A stretch of 64,000 nucleotides of DNA from a bacterium (GCA_965209155.1 OZ242383.1:3200001-3264000); one strand, 5' to 3'; shown: positions 50,669 through 61,128, numbered from the stretch's first letter. Notes: generated by a model from the letters alone, not told the origin. Numbers and translations: made by a program.

Positions 50669-51523
50669 TCATGCTCGATCCGCGGCAGTGCTCAATGCCC
50701 GTTTGACATAGACCTTGATCATGGCTTTGCGATAATCGGCACTGGCGTGAAAATCGCCAATGGTATCATCACCCAGGTCATTCAACACTGAATCAGCCGC
50801 TGCTGCAATATTTTCCTCGCTCAAGGACTTGCCGGTCAGGGATTCCGCCACCGACGGAGCTTTTTTTGCTGATGCGGTCAACCCTCCAACTGCGACGCTG
50901 GCGGAACCGCAAAGTCCTGCGGATGCGGTTACAACCGCTGCTGCGCCCACAATGGCATATCCCGAAGCAGGATGAAACATCTTGGCATAAGCAGAACCGG
51001 TACCGTTATCGTGAGAGAGCACCGAAATTCCCGTAATCAATTCATCTTCCTGCAGAGAGGTCTCAAAAAGATCGACAAAAAAATCACATGCACTCACAGA
51101 TCTTTCACCCGCCATTCCCCGGATATGTATGGTTGCGTTCAATGCCGTCAATACAGTCGGCCAATCGGAAGCCGGATCGGCATGAGCAATATTCCCTCCG
51201 ATAGTGCCTCGGTTGCGAACTTGCGGATCGCCAATGGTACCCGCAGCTTCGGACATCCCCGTCGGTACCAAACCAGATCGGGCCACTTCGACATGGGGTG
51301 TCAGGGCTCCAATATGGACACTTCCATCACGAGTGGAAATCCCCCGTAATTCGGCAATGCGCCCGATATCAATCAGCACGCCTGCATCTGCCAATCGTAG
51401 CTTCATCACAGGAATCAAACTGTGACCACCTGCCAAAAACTTGGCGCTTTCGTGTTGCTGCATCAACGAAAGGGCTTCTGTTACGGATCCGGCACGGTAA
51501 TAATCAAATTTTGCTGGATACAT
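50669..51523 (-). CDS. coxM: Molybdenum hydroxylase FAD subunit
   Basis: AGGHSL and QVRNRGTIGG motifs. Confidence 0.9.
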   Translation of the reverse strand: MYPAKFDYYRAGSVTEALSLMQQHESAKFLAGGHSLIPVMKLRLADAGVLIDIGRIAELRGISTRDGSVHIGALTPHVEVARSGLVPTGMSEAAGTIGDPQVRNRGTIGGNIAHADPASDWPTVLTALNATIHIRGMAGERSVSACDFFVDLFETSLQEDELITGISVLSHDNGTGSAYAKMFHPASGYAIVGAAAVVTASAGLCGSASVAVGGLTASAKKAPSVAESLTGKSLSEENIAAAADSVLNDLGDDTIGDFHASADYRKAMIKVYVKRALSTAADRA

Positions 51524-51535
51524 ATCACACCTCCT

Positions 51536-53887
51536 TTAATTTCCACTGTTATGAATTGCGTTCCAAATTCGTTCGGCAGTCAATGGCAGATCCACGTGCT
51601 TGATTCCCAATGGCGCTAAAGCATCCATCACTGCGTTGGCAATAGCGGGTGTCGAGGCAATGGTTCCCATTTCTCCGACACCTTTGACCCCCAATGGATT
51701 GTGAGGAGAGGGAGTTTCCGTCCGATCGACTTTGTAACTGACCAATCCACTCGCCTTGGGCATTGCGTAATCCATCAAAGAGCCGGAAAGCAATTGACCC
51801 TCCTTATCATAAACGGCATGCTCCCACAAGGCTTGACCGACTCCTTGGGCAATACCACCCTGAATTTGACCTTTTACGATCAATGGATTGATTGCTTTGC
51901 CGACATCATCGACAGCAGTGTAATCTTTCAGCGTCACTGCTCCGGTATCTCGATCCACCTCAACCATGCTGACGTGTACGCTATTGGGAAAGACAAAATT
52001 TTCAGGATCATAAAAACTGGTCTCTTCCAAACCTGGTTCCATACCTTCAGGAAGCTCATGCGCCGTGAGTGTCGCAAAGGCGATCTCGCCAAAAGCTTTT
52101 GACCTGTCAGGAGCACCTTTCACGTATATGGTGCCGTTGTCTTGATCATAGACCATGTCTTCCACAGCCGCTTCCAACTGATGAGCGGCGATTTGAGTCA
52201 CTTTCTCGCGAATTTTCTCGGCACTCTTGACGAGGGCCGCGGCTCCGACGTTGCTGCGGCTTCCATAAGTACCCAATCCAAAAGACGTACGACCCGTATC
52301 ACCGTGGATCACTTCAATATCTTCCATGGGAATACCCAATTGATCGGCGACCACTTGAGAGAAAGTCGTTTCGTGTCCTTGACCATGGCTATGATTTCCC
52401 GTGAACACACTGACCTTGCCTGTAGGGTGAACCCGAATGGAGCCACTTTCCCACAGTCCAACTCCTGCTCCCAAACCAATAACGGCTTTCGACGGAGCAA
52501 CTCCGCAAGCTTCAATACAGGAACTGATACCAATTCCCACCAATTTGCCTTCACTACGTCCCCTTCTCTGGGTTTCTCGCATCGCATTATAACAGGACAC
52601 CTCTTCCGCTTTATCAAACAGCCCGGGATAATTCCCACTATCATAGACGAGAGCAACAGGTGTTTGGTAAGGAAATTCATTTGGTTGGATGAGATTTTTA
52701 CGACGAATCTCCATCGGGTCCATATTCAGTTCCCGGGCGGCAATACTGACTAAACGCTCCAACATGTAGCTGGCTTCGGGCCGTCCAGCTCCTCTATACG
52801 CATCCACAGGGGTGGTGTTGGTCATGGTGCCATATGTCTCACCAAAAATCGCAGGCGTTTTATATAATCCCGCGAATAGCGTAATATAAAGCGCTGATGG
52901 AATCATCGGTGCAAAGAGGGAAAGATAACCCCCCATATTTGCGTAATTGCTCACTTTCAACCCCGTAAAAGTACCATCACTTTTAACAGAGAGCCTGGCG
53001 TTCGTGATATGGTCCCGACCATGCGCATCCGAAACAAACGATTCGCTGCGTAGGGCCACCCACTTGACAGGGCGGTTTATCGACCGAGCAGCCCAGGGAA
53101 TGATTACTTCTTCCGGATAATGAAAGATTTTACTGCCAAACCCTCCCCCCACGTCGGGTGATATAACCCGTAGTTTATTTTCAGGGATAAAGAGCGTGTA
53201 AGCGCTCATCAATATACGGATCACATGAGGATTCTGGGAGGTGGTCCAGACCGTCATTTCGTCACTGAAATCATCCCATTGAGCTGCTACGGCTCGAGGT
53301 TCCATTGCATTGGGGATGAGACGCTGGTTGATTAAATCGAGTTCGATCACTTTGTGCGCTTCAGCCATGGCTTTGTCTGTGGCGTCCTTATCTCCCAAAG
53401 CCCAGTAGAAACTGGTGTTGTTGGCGACGTCATCATGAAGTTGAGGGGCGTCATCCGCCACCGCTTCTTTGGCATCCACCACGGTATCGAGTACCTCGTA
53501 ATCCACGTTGACGCAATCCAGCGCATCTTGCGCAACGTATCGGGATTCCGCAATGACTACCGCCACTGGTTGACCAACGTAACGCACTTTGTCCGTGGCC
53601 AATGCAGGGTAAACAGGCATTTTAATGTCCGGAGGAGCAAAACCACACGGGAGAGAGCCAACACCAGCATCCACCAGGTCTTGCCCGGTAAAAACGGCAA
53701 CCACGCCTTGCAATTGCCTGGCTTCGGCCACATCAATCCCTAGTATTTTCGCATGGGCATGCGGGCTACGCAAGATTGCGGCAAACGTCATTCCGTGGAT
53801 GTTTAAATTGGCAACATACCGACCTCGTCCCATCATGAATCTCGGGTCTTCGACCCTTCTTACTTCTTGACCTAAATATTTTCCCAT
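51536..53887 (-). CDS. coxL: Molybdenum hydroxylase large subunit, form II CoxL-like
   Basis: VGGGFGSK, AYRGAGRPE, GQGHET and KGVGE motifs. Confidence 0.9.
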   Translation of the reverse strand: MGKYLGQEVRRVEDPRFMMGRGRYVANLNIHGMTFAAILRSPHAHAKILGIDVAEARQLQGVVAVFTGQDLVDAGVGSLPCGFAPPDIKMPVYPALATDKVRYVGQPVAVVIAESRYVAQDALDCVNVDYEVLDTVVDAKEAVADDAPQLHDDVANNTSFYWALGDKDATDKAMAEAHKVIELDLINQRLIPNAMEPRAVAAQWDDFSDEMTVWTTSQNPHVIRILMSAYTLFIPENKLRVISPDVGGGFGSKIFHYPEEVIIPWAARSINRPVKWVALRSESFVSDAHGRDHITNARLSVKSDGTFTGLKVSNYANMGGYLSLFAPMIPSALYITLFAGLYKTPAIFGETYGTMTNTTPVDAYRGAGRPEASYMLERLVSIAARELNMDPMEIRRKNLIQPNEFPYQTPVALVYDSGNYPGLFDKAEEVSCYNAMRETQRRGRSEGKLVGIGISSCIEACGVAPSKAVIGLGAGVGLWESGSIRVHPTGKVSVFTGNHSHGQGHETTFSQVVADQLGIPMEDIEVIHGDTGRTSFGLGTYGSRSNVGAAALVKSAEKIREKVTQIAAHQLEAAVEDMVYDQDNGTIYVKGAPDRSKAFGEIAFATLTAHELPEGMEPGLEETSFYDPENFVFPNSVHVSMVEVDRDTGAVTLKDYTAVDDVGKAINPLIVKGQIQGGIAQGVGQALWEHAVYDKEGQLLSGSLMDYAMPKASGLVSYKVDRTETPSPHNPLGVKGVGEMGTIASTPAIANAVMDALAPLGIKHVDLPLTAERIWNAIHNSGN

Positions 53888-54357
53888 CAGTCACCTCCTG
53901 CTGCTGATGCAGCTTGAATTGCTTTGACAATATTGTCGTAACCCGTACACCGGCAAATATTCCCTTCCAAACCATGCCGGATTTCGTCTTCCGTGATATC
54001 GGGATTGATTTCAACCAGTTTGGTTGCCGCCATAATCATTCCAGGCGTACAAAAACCGCATTGCAAAGCATGATTGTCCCAAAAAGCTTTTTGCATCGGG
54101 TGCAACTCTCCATTATTTGCCAGTCCTTCAATGGTCGTGATTTTTGAGCCATCCGCCTGAACTGCCAAAGCGGTACAGGATTTAATGGCCATGCCATCCA
54201 TGTGGATTGTACATGCTCCGCATTGGGATGTGTCGCAACCAATGTTCGTTCCGGTCAAACCCACTTCTTCCCGGATGAAATCAACCAGGAGCATGCGAGC
54301 TTCGACTTCTTTTTGATGAACCGTTCCATTCACGGTCACACTGATACTTACTCCCAT
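53887..54357 (-). CDS. coxS: Molybdenum hydroxylase 2Fe-2S subunit
   Basis: [18 protein letters not shown] and NICRCTGY motifs. Confidence 0.92.
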   Translation of the reverse strand: MGVSISVTVNGTVHQKEVEARMLLVDFIREEVGLTGTNIGCDTSQCGACTIHMDGMAIKSCTALAVQADGSKITTIEGLANNGELHPMQKAFWDNHALQCGFCTPGMIMAATKLVEINPDITEDEIRHGLEGNICRCTGYDNIVKAIQAASAAGGD

Positions 54358-54744
54358 GGAAATACCTCTCAATTAAAACGTTACAATAATCATGATTCGG
54401 ACACGCCAATTAACAACAAAGCTACCTGTTGCGCGAATGTACAAACCAATCAGGCGAGTTGAATCACTTATGGCAATCCCTGTGAGGATTGATTTTTCTC
54501 TTTTAACTCTTTGTGAAAGGAGAGTCAATGCGATATTTCATAAATGCGCATTTTATTTTTTTGAACCTGTTAACAAAATTCGTAATGCGTTTTAACATCA
54601 TTCGCATCATAGTGACACAGATAACTGAGGGGTAGCGGAGTTTTTTCTCCTTTGTCATTCCGACCCCCGAGAATGTTTCATTTTGACCTATATCCATGTT
54701 ATAAGATTTTTTTTTCCGGCAATACAGGAACAGGCAGGTAGTAA

Positions 54745-55455
54745 ATGAGCGCTACGATTTATGTGGGAGGTACGTCAAAGGGCGTTGGCAAAACCTTTGT
54801 GACACTGGGATTACTGCACCTCTTGAGCCAGAATCACAAAACGGCAGCATGGAAAGCGGTCGATGTGGGACAGATGGAGTACAATGCGGTTGATGAACCA
54901 AGTGATGGTTTACGATTGCATCGAGCGGCAACCATGAACGAGCATCCCAATCTGGTCAATCCTTTTTTACTCAATGAAGACTTACCACCCGTATTAGCCG
55001 CACGTCGGGATGGAATTAAGCTGAGAACAAATATATTGCGGCATCATTTCAAACAGCTTCGTCTTCGATTTGAGCGCATCGTGATCGAAGGAAACCGAGG
55101 CCTCCTGACACCAATCACCGAAACGGACTCGGAAATCGAGTTGCTTCAACTATGGACTCCCCGGGTGGTTTGGGTCACGAATGTAGGGGAACGTGAACTG
55201 GCGGAGACCCTGTTACAGATTCATGCCCTTCAGCAGGCCAACATTGAAATTACCGGCATTGTTATTTCAAATCGCTTGAATTCCAAACATACGGAATTGA
55301 TCCATTATCAGTGGCTCACTTTGGAAGAACAATCATCCGTCCGGGTATTGGCTTTGCTACCTTTTTTAGCCAGTGGATTAAACAATCCTGCCAATATCGG
55401 AAAACTGATCAGTGAATATTTTGACGGGGATTCACTCGATTGCCTTGTCAAATAA
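54745..55455 (+). CDS. bioD: Dethiobiotin synthase-like protein
   Basis: GTSKGVGKT, WKAV, PVLAA and IEGNRGL motifs. Confidence 0.75.
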   Translation: MSATIYVGGTSKGVGKTFVTLGLLHLLSQNHKTAAWKAVDVGQMEYNAVDEPSDGLRLHRAATMNEHPNLVNPFLLNEDLPPVLAARRDGIKLRTNILRHHFKQLRLRFERIVIEGNRGLLTPITETDSEIELLQLWTPRVVWVTNVGERELAETLLQIHALQQANIEITGIVISNRLNSKHTELIHYQWLTLEEQSSVRVLALLPFLASGLNNPANIGKLISEYFDGDSLDCLVK

Positions 55456-55492
55456 CATCGCATCCAATTCTTGAACAAAGTCCACTGACACG

Positions 55493-56350
55493 ATGAAAAC
55501 CTTTCCACATTTTTCACTGCTCAACCACTTGAAAAAGCACGCTCCGGTGATTTGTGATGGCGCCAAACCATTACTTCTTCAGCAATTGGGTTTCCCGCAA
55601 ACGAGTGCTTGTTTCATGGCCAACCTGACACACCCTGCTTTGGTTTCAGAATTACACCGGGTGTACCTGGATGCGGGTGCGTCAATTATGCGAATTAACA
55701 CGGAAGGGGCTCACCAGTTAATCTTGAGGACCCTGCAGATTGAGGATCGAGGGGAAAACATCAACAACAACGGCATGGCACTCTTACGGGAAGGCGTGGG
55801 TATGCGTGGCATTCCGTCGGCAAGCGTGACCTCCATCAAGAAAGACGTATCGGGAGAAATCCCGGATTCATGGTTGGAACAGGCTTACGGGGCCCAATTG
55901 ATATATCAAGCGGATACGGGAGCTCACTTCGTCATGTTCAGTGAATTTGACGATTGGGAAGACTTGAATATGGCAGTCAGGGTGTCCAAACGATCCATAC
56001 AAAAACAGGTCGTTGCGCATCTTAAATTCACACCGAATGACAATCCTGCCACCTGGATTAGCCGGTTGGAAAAGATACAAAAAAAATCGGATTTTATCGG
56101 TGTACAAGCCTCTTGGCAGCATCCAAAATTGATTGAATTGACTGCTTCCCTCATTCGACACTTTGGCGTAGTCAGCATCTTGCTGGATGAGCCAGTCCCC
56201 CAACCATTTGGTCGGATTACCACTGATTTTCTCCGAATCGTTGAAATCCTGCTTTCCCATGTACCGGCAATCATTGGAGGAGGTACCAATACAACACCAG
56301 CTCATATCCAAACGATTGCCTCAATCGTGAATAACTTGTTTGAGAAATAA
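55493..56350 (+). CDS. Homocysteine S-methyltransferase-fold protein, degenerate
   Basis: ICDGA and P.LV.ELHR.YLDAGA motifs; IIGGGTNTTPAHI in place of GGCCGTTP. Confidence 0.7.
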   Translation: MKTFPHFSLLNHLKKHAPVICDGAKPLLLQQLGFPQTSACFMANLTHPALVSELHRVYLDAGASIMRINTEGAHQLILRTLQIEDRGENINNNGMALLREGVGMRGIPSASVTSIKKDVSGEIPDSWLEQAYGAQLIYQADTGAHFVMFSEFDDWEDLNMAVRVSKRSIQKQVVAHLKFTPNDNPATWISRLEKIQKKSDFIGVQASWQHPKLIELTASLIRHFGVVSILLDEPVPQPFGRITTDFLRIVEILLSHVPAIIGGGTNTTPAHIQTIASIVNNLFEK

Positions 56351-56357
56351 GTAATCT

Positions 56358-56963
56358 CTACTCATCTTTTTTTTCTGATTCATGTGAAAGAGAAGAGAAT
56401 TTGCGATGGTAGTGGTTTTGAAAGTCCTCCGCGGGTTTCAATAGCAATGATTGTCCTTTTTGTCGAAACACTTCATAGAGAATGATTGCTGCTGCCACGG
56501 AAACATTGTAGCTGGTAACCATTCCCACCATAGGGATATAGATAAATTCATCACAGACTGACTGGAGCTCCGGAGACATTCCTTGACTTTCCGCTCCTAA
56601 AAGGATGACACATTTTTCGGGAAATTGGAACTGAGGCAATTGCTTTGCGGAATTCCTCACATCAGCTCCCAGAAAAACAAAACCCTGGGATTTTTTAAGG
56701 GTTACAAAATCTGAAAGATCCTCAATTCTTTCAAAACGCATCCAGAGATTGGCGCTGGCACTCGTTTTTTTACCCAAACGCTGCAAATCAGGGAATTCAT
56801 TGTAGGTATAATAGAGATTGATTTGGGATAGACCCAATCCGTCAGCAGTTCTGGCAACCGCTGATACATTGTGAGGGTCCCATACATTGTCGATCAATAA
56901 TTCAATATCTGGGATTTTGTTCCTGTAATAAGTCAAAGTTTTTATTTTTCGTCGTTCTTTCAT
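56358..56963 (-). CDS. trmH: SpoU/TrmH family RNA methyltransferase
   Basis: DPHNVSAVART, GAESQG and IPMVGMVTSYNVSVA motifs. Confidence 0.85.
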   Translation of the reverse strand: MKERRKIKTLTYYRNKIPDIELLIDNVWDPHNVSAVARTADGLGLSQINLYYTYNEFPDLQRLGKKTSASANLWMRFERIEDLSDFVTLKKSQGFVFLGADVRNSAKQLPQFQFPEKCVILLGAESQGMSPELQSVCDEFIYIPMVGMVTSYNVSVAAAIILYEVFRQKGQSLLLKPAEDFQNHYHRKFSSLSHESEKKDE

Positions 56964-57244
56964 CAGTAGTCCGATAAATCCACAAACCTCACATTTCCCA
57001 TTGTCGAGTGACCTTCACAATCCCTCTATAGTATTGGTCCAATAGCTTGTAACTCTTTCAAAGAGGCGGCATTGGAACATGAATGCGAGGAATCCTTGAA
57101 GATCTCTCCTTGCGGTTGAGACGACACGCGGGGGACGTCCCTGTGAACCACTACACCCATTGCAGGTGAAGTGTCTGCTCTGTTAAACTTGAAGATTGTT
57201 CGACACTTAACCTTTTCATTTCATAAAAATAAAATTACCTTAAT

Positions 57245-57806
57245 TAATCTCATTAAACCACCAACTCTGCTGGTGCGAACCTAATTGGCTTTGCCGGTCA
57301 GACATGAGAAACGTATCCGTGTCCGTGAGCCGTGCTCGTGCTCGTGAACGGTCAGTGAATTCGACGGCACATTTTGGTTAACATAGAAACAATGCGATGA
57401 AGTAACTGTTTCCCTTCGTCAAATAAAGGAGGCTGGATGATCTTCAACACGTTTAAAACATCGAGAATAGCAGCGCATTCCATTGCGGAACCTCGGGCAA
57501 ATGCATAGAATCGTTGCTTGTCAGGAAAGGAATTTTTTCCACAGCCTTCTGCGATATTGAGAGGAATCGACCATGAGGTCCTTTTCAGTTGGTCAACTAA
57601 GGCTGAGTATCCTTTTGGCAATGTTTCGATGACTTGGACAGATAACGCTAAAAATTCGATGGAACATTGGTATACATCGATTTTTTCATGATCTAACATG
57701 GCAGCCTTTTTCGTTCACGAGCACGAGCACGTCTTACGATGACGAACACGTTTTGCCCTCATACTGGGGGCCTCTTCAAGCCACCGGCTGTGCCGGTGGT
57801 GATGAC
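57245..57806 (+). mobile_element. IS200/IS605-ended four-helix-bundle element, copy 5 (562 bp)
   Basis: Same ends after TTAAT; single changes in both hairpins. Confidence 0.9.
57352..57699 (-). CDS. Four helix bundle protein
   Basis: Near-identical to 2459-2806. Confidence 0.9.
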   Translation of the reverse strand: MLDHEKIDVYQCSIEFLALSVQVIETLPKGYSALVDQLKRTSWSIPLNIAEGCGKNSFPDKQRFYAFARGSAMECAAILDVLNVLKIIQPPLFDEGKQLLHRIVSMLTKMCRRIH

Positions 57807-57930
57807 TTTATTGGCTATTTTCCCATGATCTTTGACTTTGTCAATCACCATTGTAAAATTTTTATTGGAGCTATGCGAAAATAAATTCAGCATTTTGGAT
57901 ACCAATATTGCGACCTGATTTTAACCCGGG

Positions 57931-59103
57931 ATGATGGAACTAAAGATTTTCAATAGCCTGAAAGAGATTTCCAGTTTGGAATGGAGTTCATTGATTGGCG
58001 ATCATTTTCCTTTTTCGGAATACGATTATTTACTTGCCATGGAAAAGGGAGGATGCGTTGGGAAACGAACGGGTTGGAATCCTTGTTACCTCACGCTCTG
58101 GCAATCGCAAAAACTGATTGGCGCCATCTACCTTTATTTAAAAAGTGACAGTTATGGAGAATATATTTTTGACTGGTCCTGGGCGCATGCTTACATGCAA
58201 CATGGCTTTAACTACTATCCCAAACTCGTTTCAGCAGTTCCTTTCACTCCGGCAACTGGAAACAAAATTCTGGTTCACCCGGAGGTTGACCCACAACAAG
58301 TGCAAACTATATTGCTGAAATCGGTCTTGAAATTGACAAAGGAATGGTATTGCAGCTCTTTACATTTTTTATTCATTCCGGAAGAAGAAGTCCCGATTTT
58401 TGAAAAAGCCGGTTTCATTGTACGTCACAGCAGTCAATATCACTGGAAAAATCGAGGTTATGCGGATTTTGAAACTTTCCTGAAAACGTTGAAAGGAAAA
58501 CGAAGAAAAGAAATCCTCAGGGAACGTCGACAAGTGAGGGAGCAGGGGATCCACATTCATGTGCTCACTGGTGAATCCCTTCGAGATGAACACGTCCGAA
58601 TAATGTATGAATTTTACTTGTCCACCATATACAAACGAGGAGCTATAGACTACCTTTCCCTTGATTTTTTCAGACACGTGTTTTTCAAAATGAAAGACAA
58701 ATTGGTATTGATACTAGCCCAATCAGAAGGAAATTGGGTAGCAGGCACCATTAATTATCACAAAGGCCATTCCCTCTATGGCAGATATTGGGGATGTTTG
58801 GAAGAGTTCAGGAGTCTCCATTTTGAGCTTTGCTATTACCAGACGATTGAATATGCCATTGCTCATAAAATCGCCTTATTTGAAGCCGGTGCGCAAGGGG
58901 GACACAAAATTCAGCGTGGATTTTTGCCGGAAATCACCTACAGTGCCCATTGGATTCAGCATCCCGGGTTTCGATCGGCGATTTCAGAATTTGTTCAGGA
59001 AGAAAAAAAAGCAATTCAGGTCGAATTTCAACAAGGTGAAGCTCACCTGCCGTATAGAGCAGAATTTGTAGAGTCATGGTTGCAAAAAATCGATATCTCT
59101 TGA
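57931..59103 (+). CDS. GNAT/FemAB-like protein (DUF482 type)
   Basis: SYGEYIFDWSWA, YYPKL..VPFTP, LYGRYWG and EAGAQG motifs. Confidence 0.85.
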   Translation: MMELKIFNSLKEISSLEWSSLIGDHFPFSEYDYLLAMEKGGCVGKRTGWNPCYLTLWQSQKLIGAIYLYLKSDSYGEYIFDWSWAHAYMQHGFNYYPKLVSAVPFTPATGNKILVHPEVDPQQVQTILLKSVLKLTKEWYCSSLHFLFIPEEEVPIFEKAGFIVRHSSQYHWKNRGYADFETFLKTLKGKRRKEILRERRQVREQGIHIHVLTGESLRDEHVRIMYEFYLSTIYKRGAIDYLSLDFFRHVFFKMKDKLVLILAQSEGNWVAGTINYHKGHSLYGRYWGCLEEFRSLHFELCYYQTIEYAIAHKIALFEAGAQGGHKIQRGFLPEITYSAHWIQHPGFRSAISEFVQEEKKAIQVEFQQGEAHLPYRAEFVESWLQKIDIS

Positions 59104-59268
59104 ATTTTTCTCATTTTGCGGAAATAAACACCTGTCCTGTCATCACTCAACAGAATCGACTCACTTTTCGACAACTTGTAAATAAAAACATGTAACTGAT
59201 AAAAGGATGGTGCTATATTAAACTTAGTTGCCTGTTAAGAGTTTGAATTCATATAAAAGAAATCAACT

Positions 59269-60180
59269 ATGAAAAGCATGAGTACATTCAAAATTTTTAT
59301 TGTCGCCGTGATTGCCATTGTGGTGGTCTATTCCGCTACGGCGTTTGTGATCGATCAAACGGAATATGCGATTAAAATTCGTTTGGGGGATCCGGTATCC
59401 ATTTATACTGATCCGGGTATTCGTTTCAGGATTCCATTTATTACACGCATTTTTGTGGTAGATAACCGCTTGCTGACCTACGATGCCGATCCCGGTTCCA
59501 TATTCACCAAAGACAAGAAAGAAATGGTGGTGGACAATTATGCGAAATGGAGGGTTTCAGATCCTTTGAAATTTTACCGAACCATGCGCAGTACTACGCA
59601 AGCGCAAGCCCGTTTGGACGATATCATCTATTCTCAGGTGCGACAGGTTTTGGGTAAACATACCTTGACCGAAATTGTTTCGGGAGATGACCATGAAGGT
59701 GAGACTAAAAGTGGGGTGACTGATGTAGAAGACGCCATCAATTTACGAACCAGCATCCTTAATGAAATCACCAGCAACGCGCGAGAGGAGGCCACGGAGT
59801 TTGGTATCGAAATCGTAGATGTGCGCATCAAACGGGCTGATTTGCCACCGGAAAACAGTCGTGCCGTCTACGGACGCATGGAAGCCGAGCGTCGACGTGA
59901 CGCCAAACGTTATCGCTCTGAAGGAGAGGAACAATCCTTGGCCATCCGTTCCGAAGCCGACCGGGACCGCGTGAAGTTACTTGCTGAAGCAGAAAAGGAA
60001 GCCGAAAAAATCCGAGGTATTGCCGATGCCACGGCGTTGACTATCTATGCCGATGCGTATGGGAAAGATCCCGATTTCTTCAGGTTTCAACGCTCCCACG
60101 ATGCTTATCGTCAAACACTCTTAGAAGACACGACTTTGTTAATGAGTAGTGAACGTGATTTTTTTGATTCCTTGCAATGA
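59269..60180 (+). CDS. hflC: FtsH protease modulator HflC
   Basis: TKDKK..VVDNYAKWR, DVRIKR.DLP, RMEAER and DPDFFRF.RS motifs. Confidence 0.9.
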   Translation: MKSMSTFKIFIVAVIAIVVVYSATAFVIDQTEYAIKIRLGDPVSIYTDPGIRFRIPFITRIFVVDNRLLTYDADPGSIFTKDKKEMVVDNYAKWRVSDPLKFYRTMRSTTQAQARLDDIIYSQVRQVLGKHTLTEIVSGDDHEGETKSGVTDVEDAINLRTSILNEITSNAREEATEFGIEIVDVRIKRADLPPENSRAVYGRMEAERRRDAKRYRSEGEEQSLAIRSEADRDRVKLLAEAEKEAEKIRGIADATALTIYADAYGKDPDFFRFQRSHDAYRQTLLEDTTLLMSSERDFFDSLQ

Positions 60181-60202
60181 CGACATCGGAATTTTTACTT
60201 CA

Positions 60203-60814
60203 CTATTCAACCAGGAGATCATCCAAAGTATCAGGAAGACTTTCCACAAAGCTTTCCATGTTCGTGCCAACTCTCAATTTTAAAGTTCCCGCAATCACGA
60301 TGGTGGGAGTGGCCGCGATGTTGTAAAATATGGATTTTTGCTCTCCCTCTGCAATGGCCTGGCTGATTTCTCCATTATTCGCTTTTTGCTTATACACCTC
60401 CCCCATTCCCAGGCTTCGAGCCAGATAATTGATAATTCCCGGATCGAATACGTCTACACCATATTGAAAACGCGCTTCAAAAATAGCATCCCTTACCTGC
60501 TCTGCCCTTCCCAGCGATTTGGCGACATAATACAAGCGCAAAGGCGCATCGTCCTGTCCCCGAAATAAAATCGGTACGTCGACAAATTCCACGCGGTCTT
60601 TATACTTTTCTTTCATTTCCCTGGAGAGCAATCGAAAATGGTTGCAATGCGGACATCCAAAATTGATGAATTCCTCAAAAACAACTTTTTCCAGGCTGTT
60701 TTTTGAGGGAAGCTTTCCTAACACCTCATAAGATCCCCGGATTTTCCCTTGTGCTTCCACATAAGAAACCACCATGGAAAAAACCAATGTCAGTAAAAAT
60801 ATTCTTAATACCAT
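60203..60814 (-). CDS. dsbA: DsbA-family thiol:disulfide oxidoreductase
   Basis: Signal peptide; CPHC active site; ATP cis-Pro loop. Confidence 0.8.
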   Translation of the reverse strand: MVLRIFLLTLVFSMVVSYVEAQGKIRGSYEVLGKLPSKNSLEKVVFEEFINFGCPHCNHFRLLSREMKEKYKDRVEFVDVPILFRGQDDAPLRLYYVAKSLGRAEQVRDAIFEARFQYGVDVFDPGIINYLARSLGMGEVYKQKANNGEISQAIAEGEQKSIFYNIAATPTIVIAGTLKLRVGTNMESFVESLPDTLDDLLVE

Positions 60815-61128
60815 GATTTTCCTTTCTTGTACGTGAAGAATGACAGTATAAAATGCTCTCAAAGGATCCCATTACGTTCTATTGACCCGATTTATAACTT
60901 TAACACATTTGCGGAAATGAAGGAAAAAATTTTCAGACTGATCCGAATCGGACGAGTCGAGACTTAAAAGGATTCTTTTTTTGTAAAGCGTCGTCAGAAA
61001 AAAACAGAACTTGACTTCTTCGGTCGAGCGGATTAAATGAATTAATTTTTTATAAATATGCGGAATGCGTCTGCAATATGGTGGTCATGATCCAATTCTG
61101 AAACTAACATTAAAATAAGGATGAAATT

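Noticed and set aside
57075..57126. Degenerate palindromic REP-like sequence upstream of copy 5
   Set aside because: A single weak copy in the window; no family can be supported.
2459..57699. Four-helix-bundle genes as DGR avd genes
   Set aside because: No reverse transcriptase or TR/VR pair is present in the window, and copy differences are not confined to adenines.
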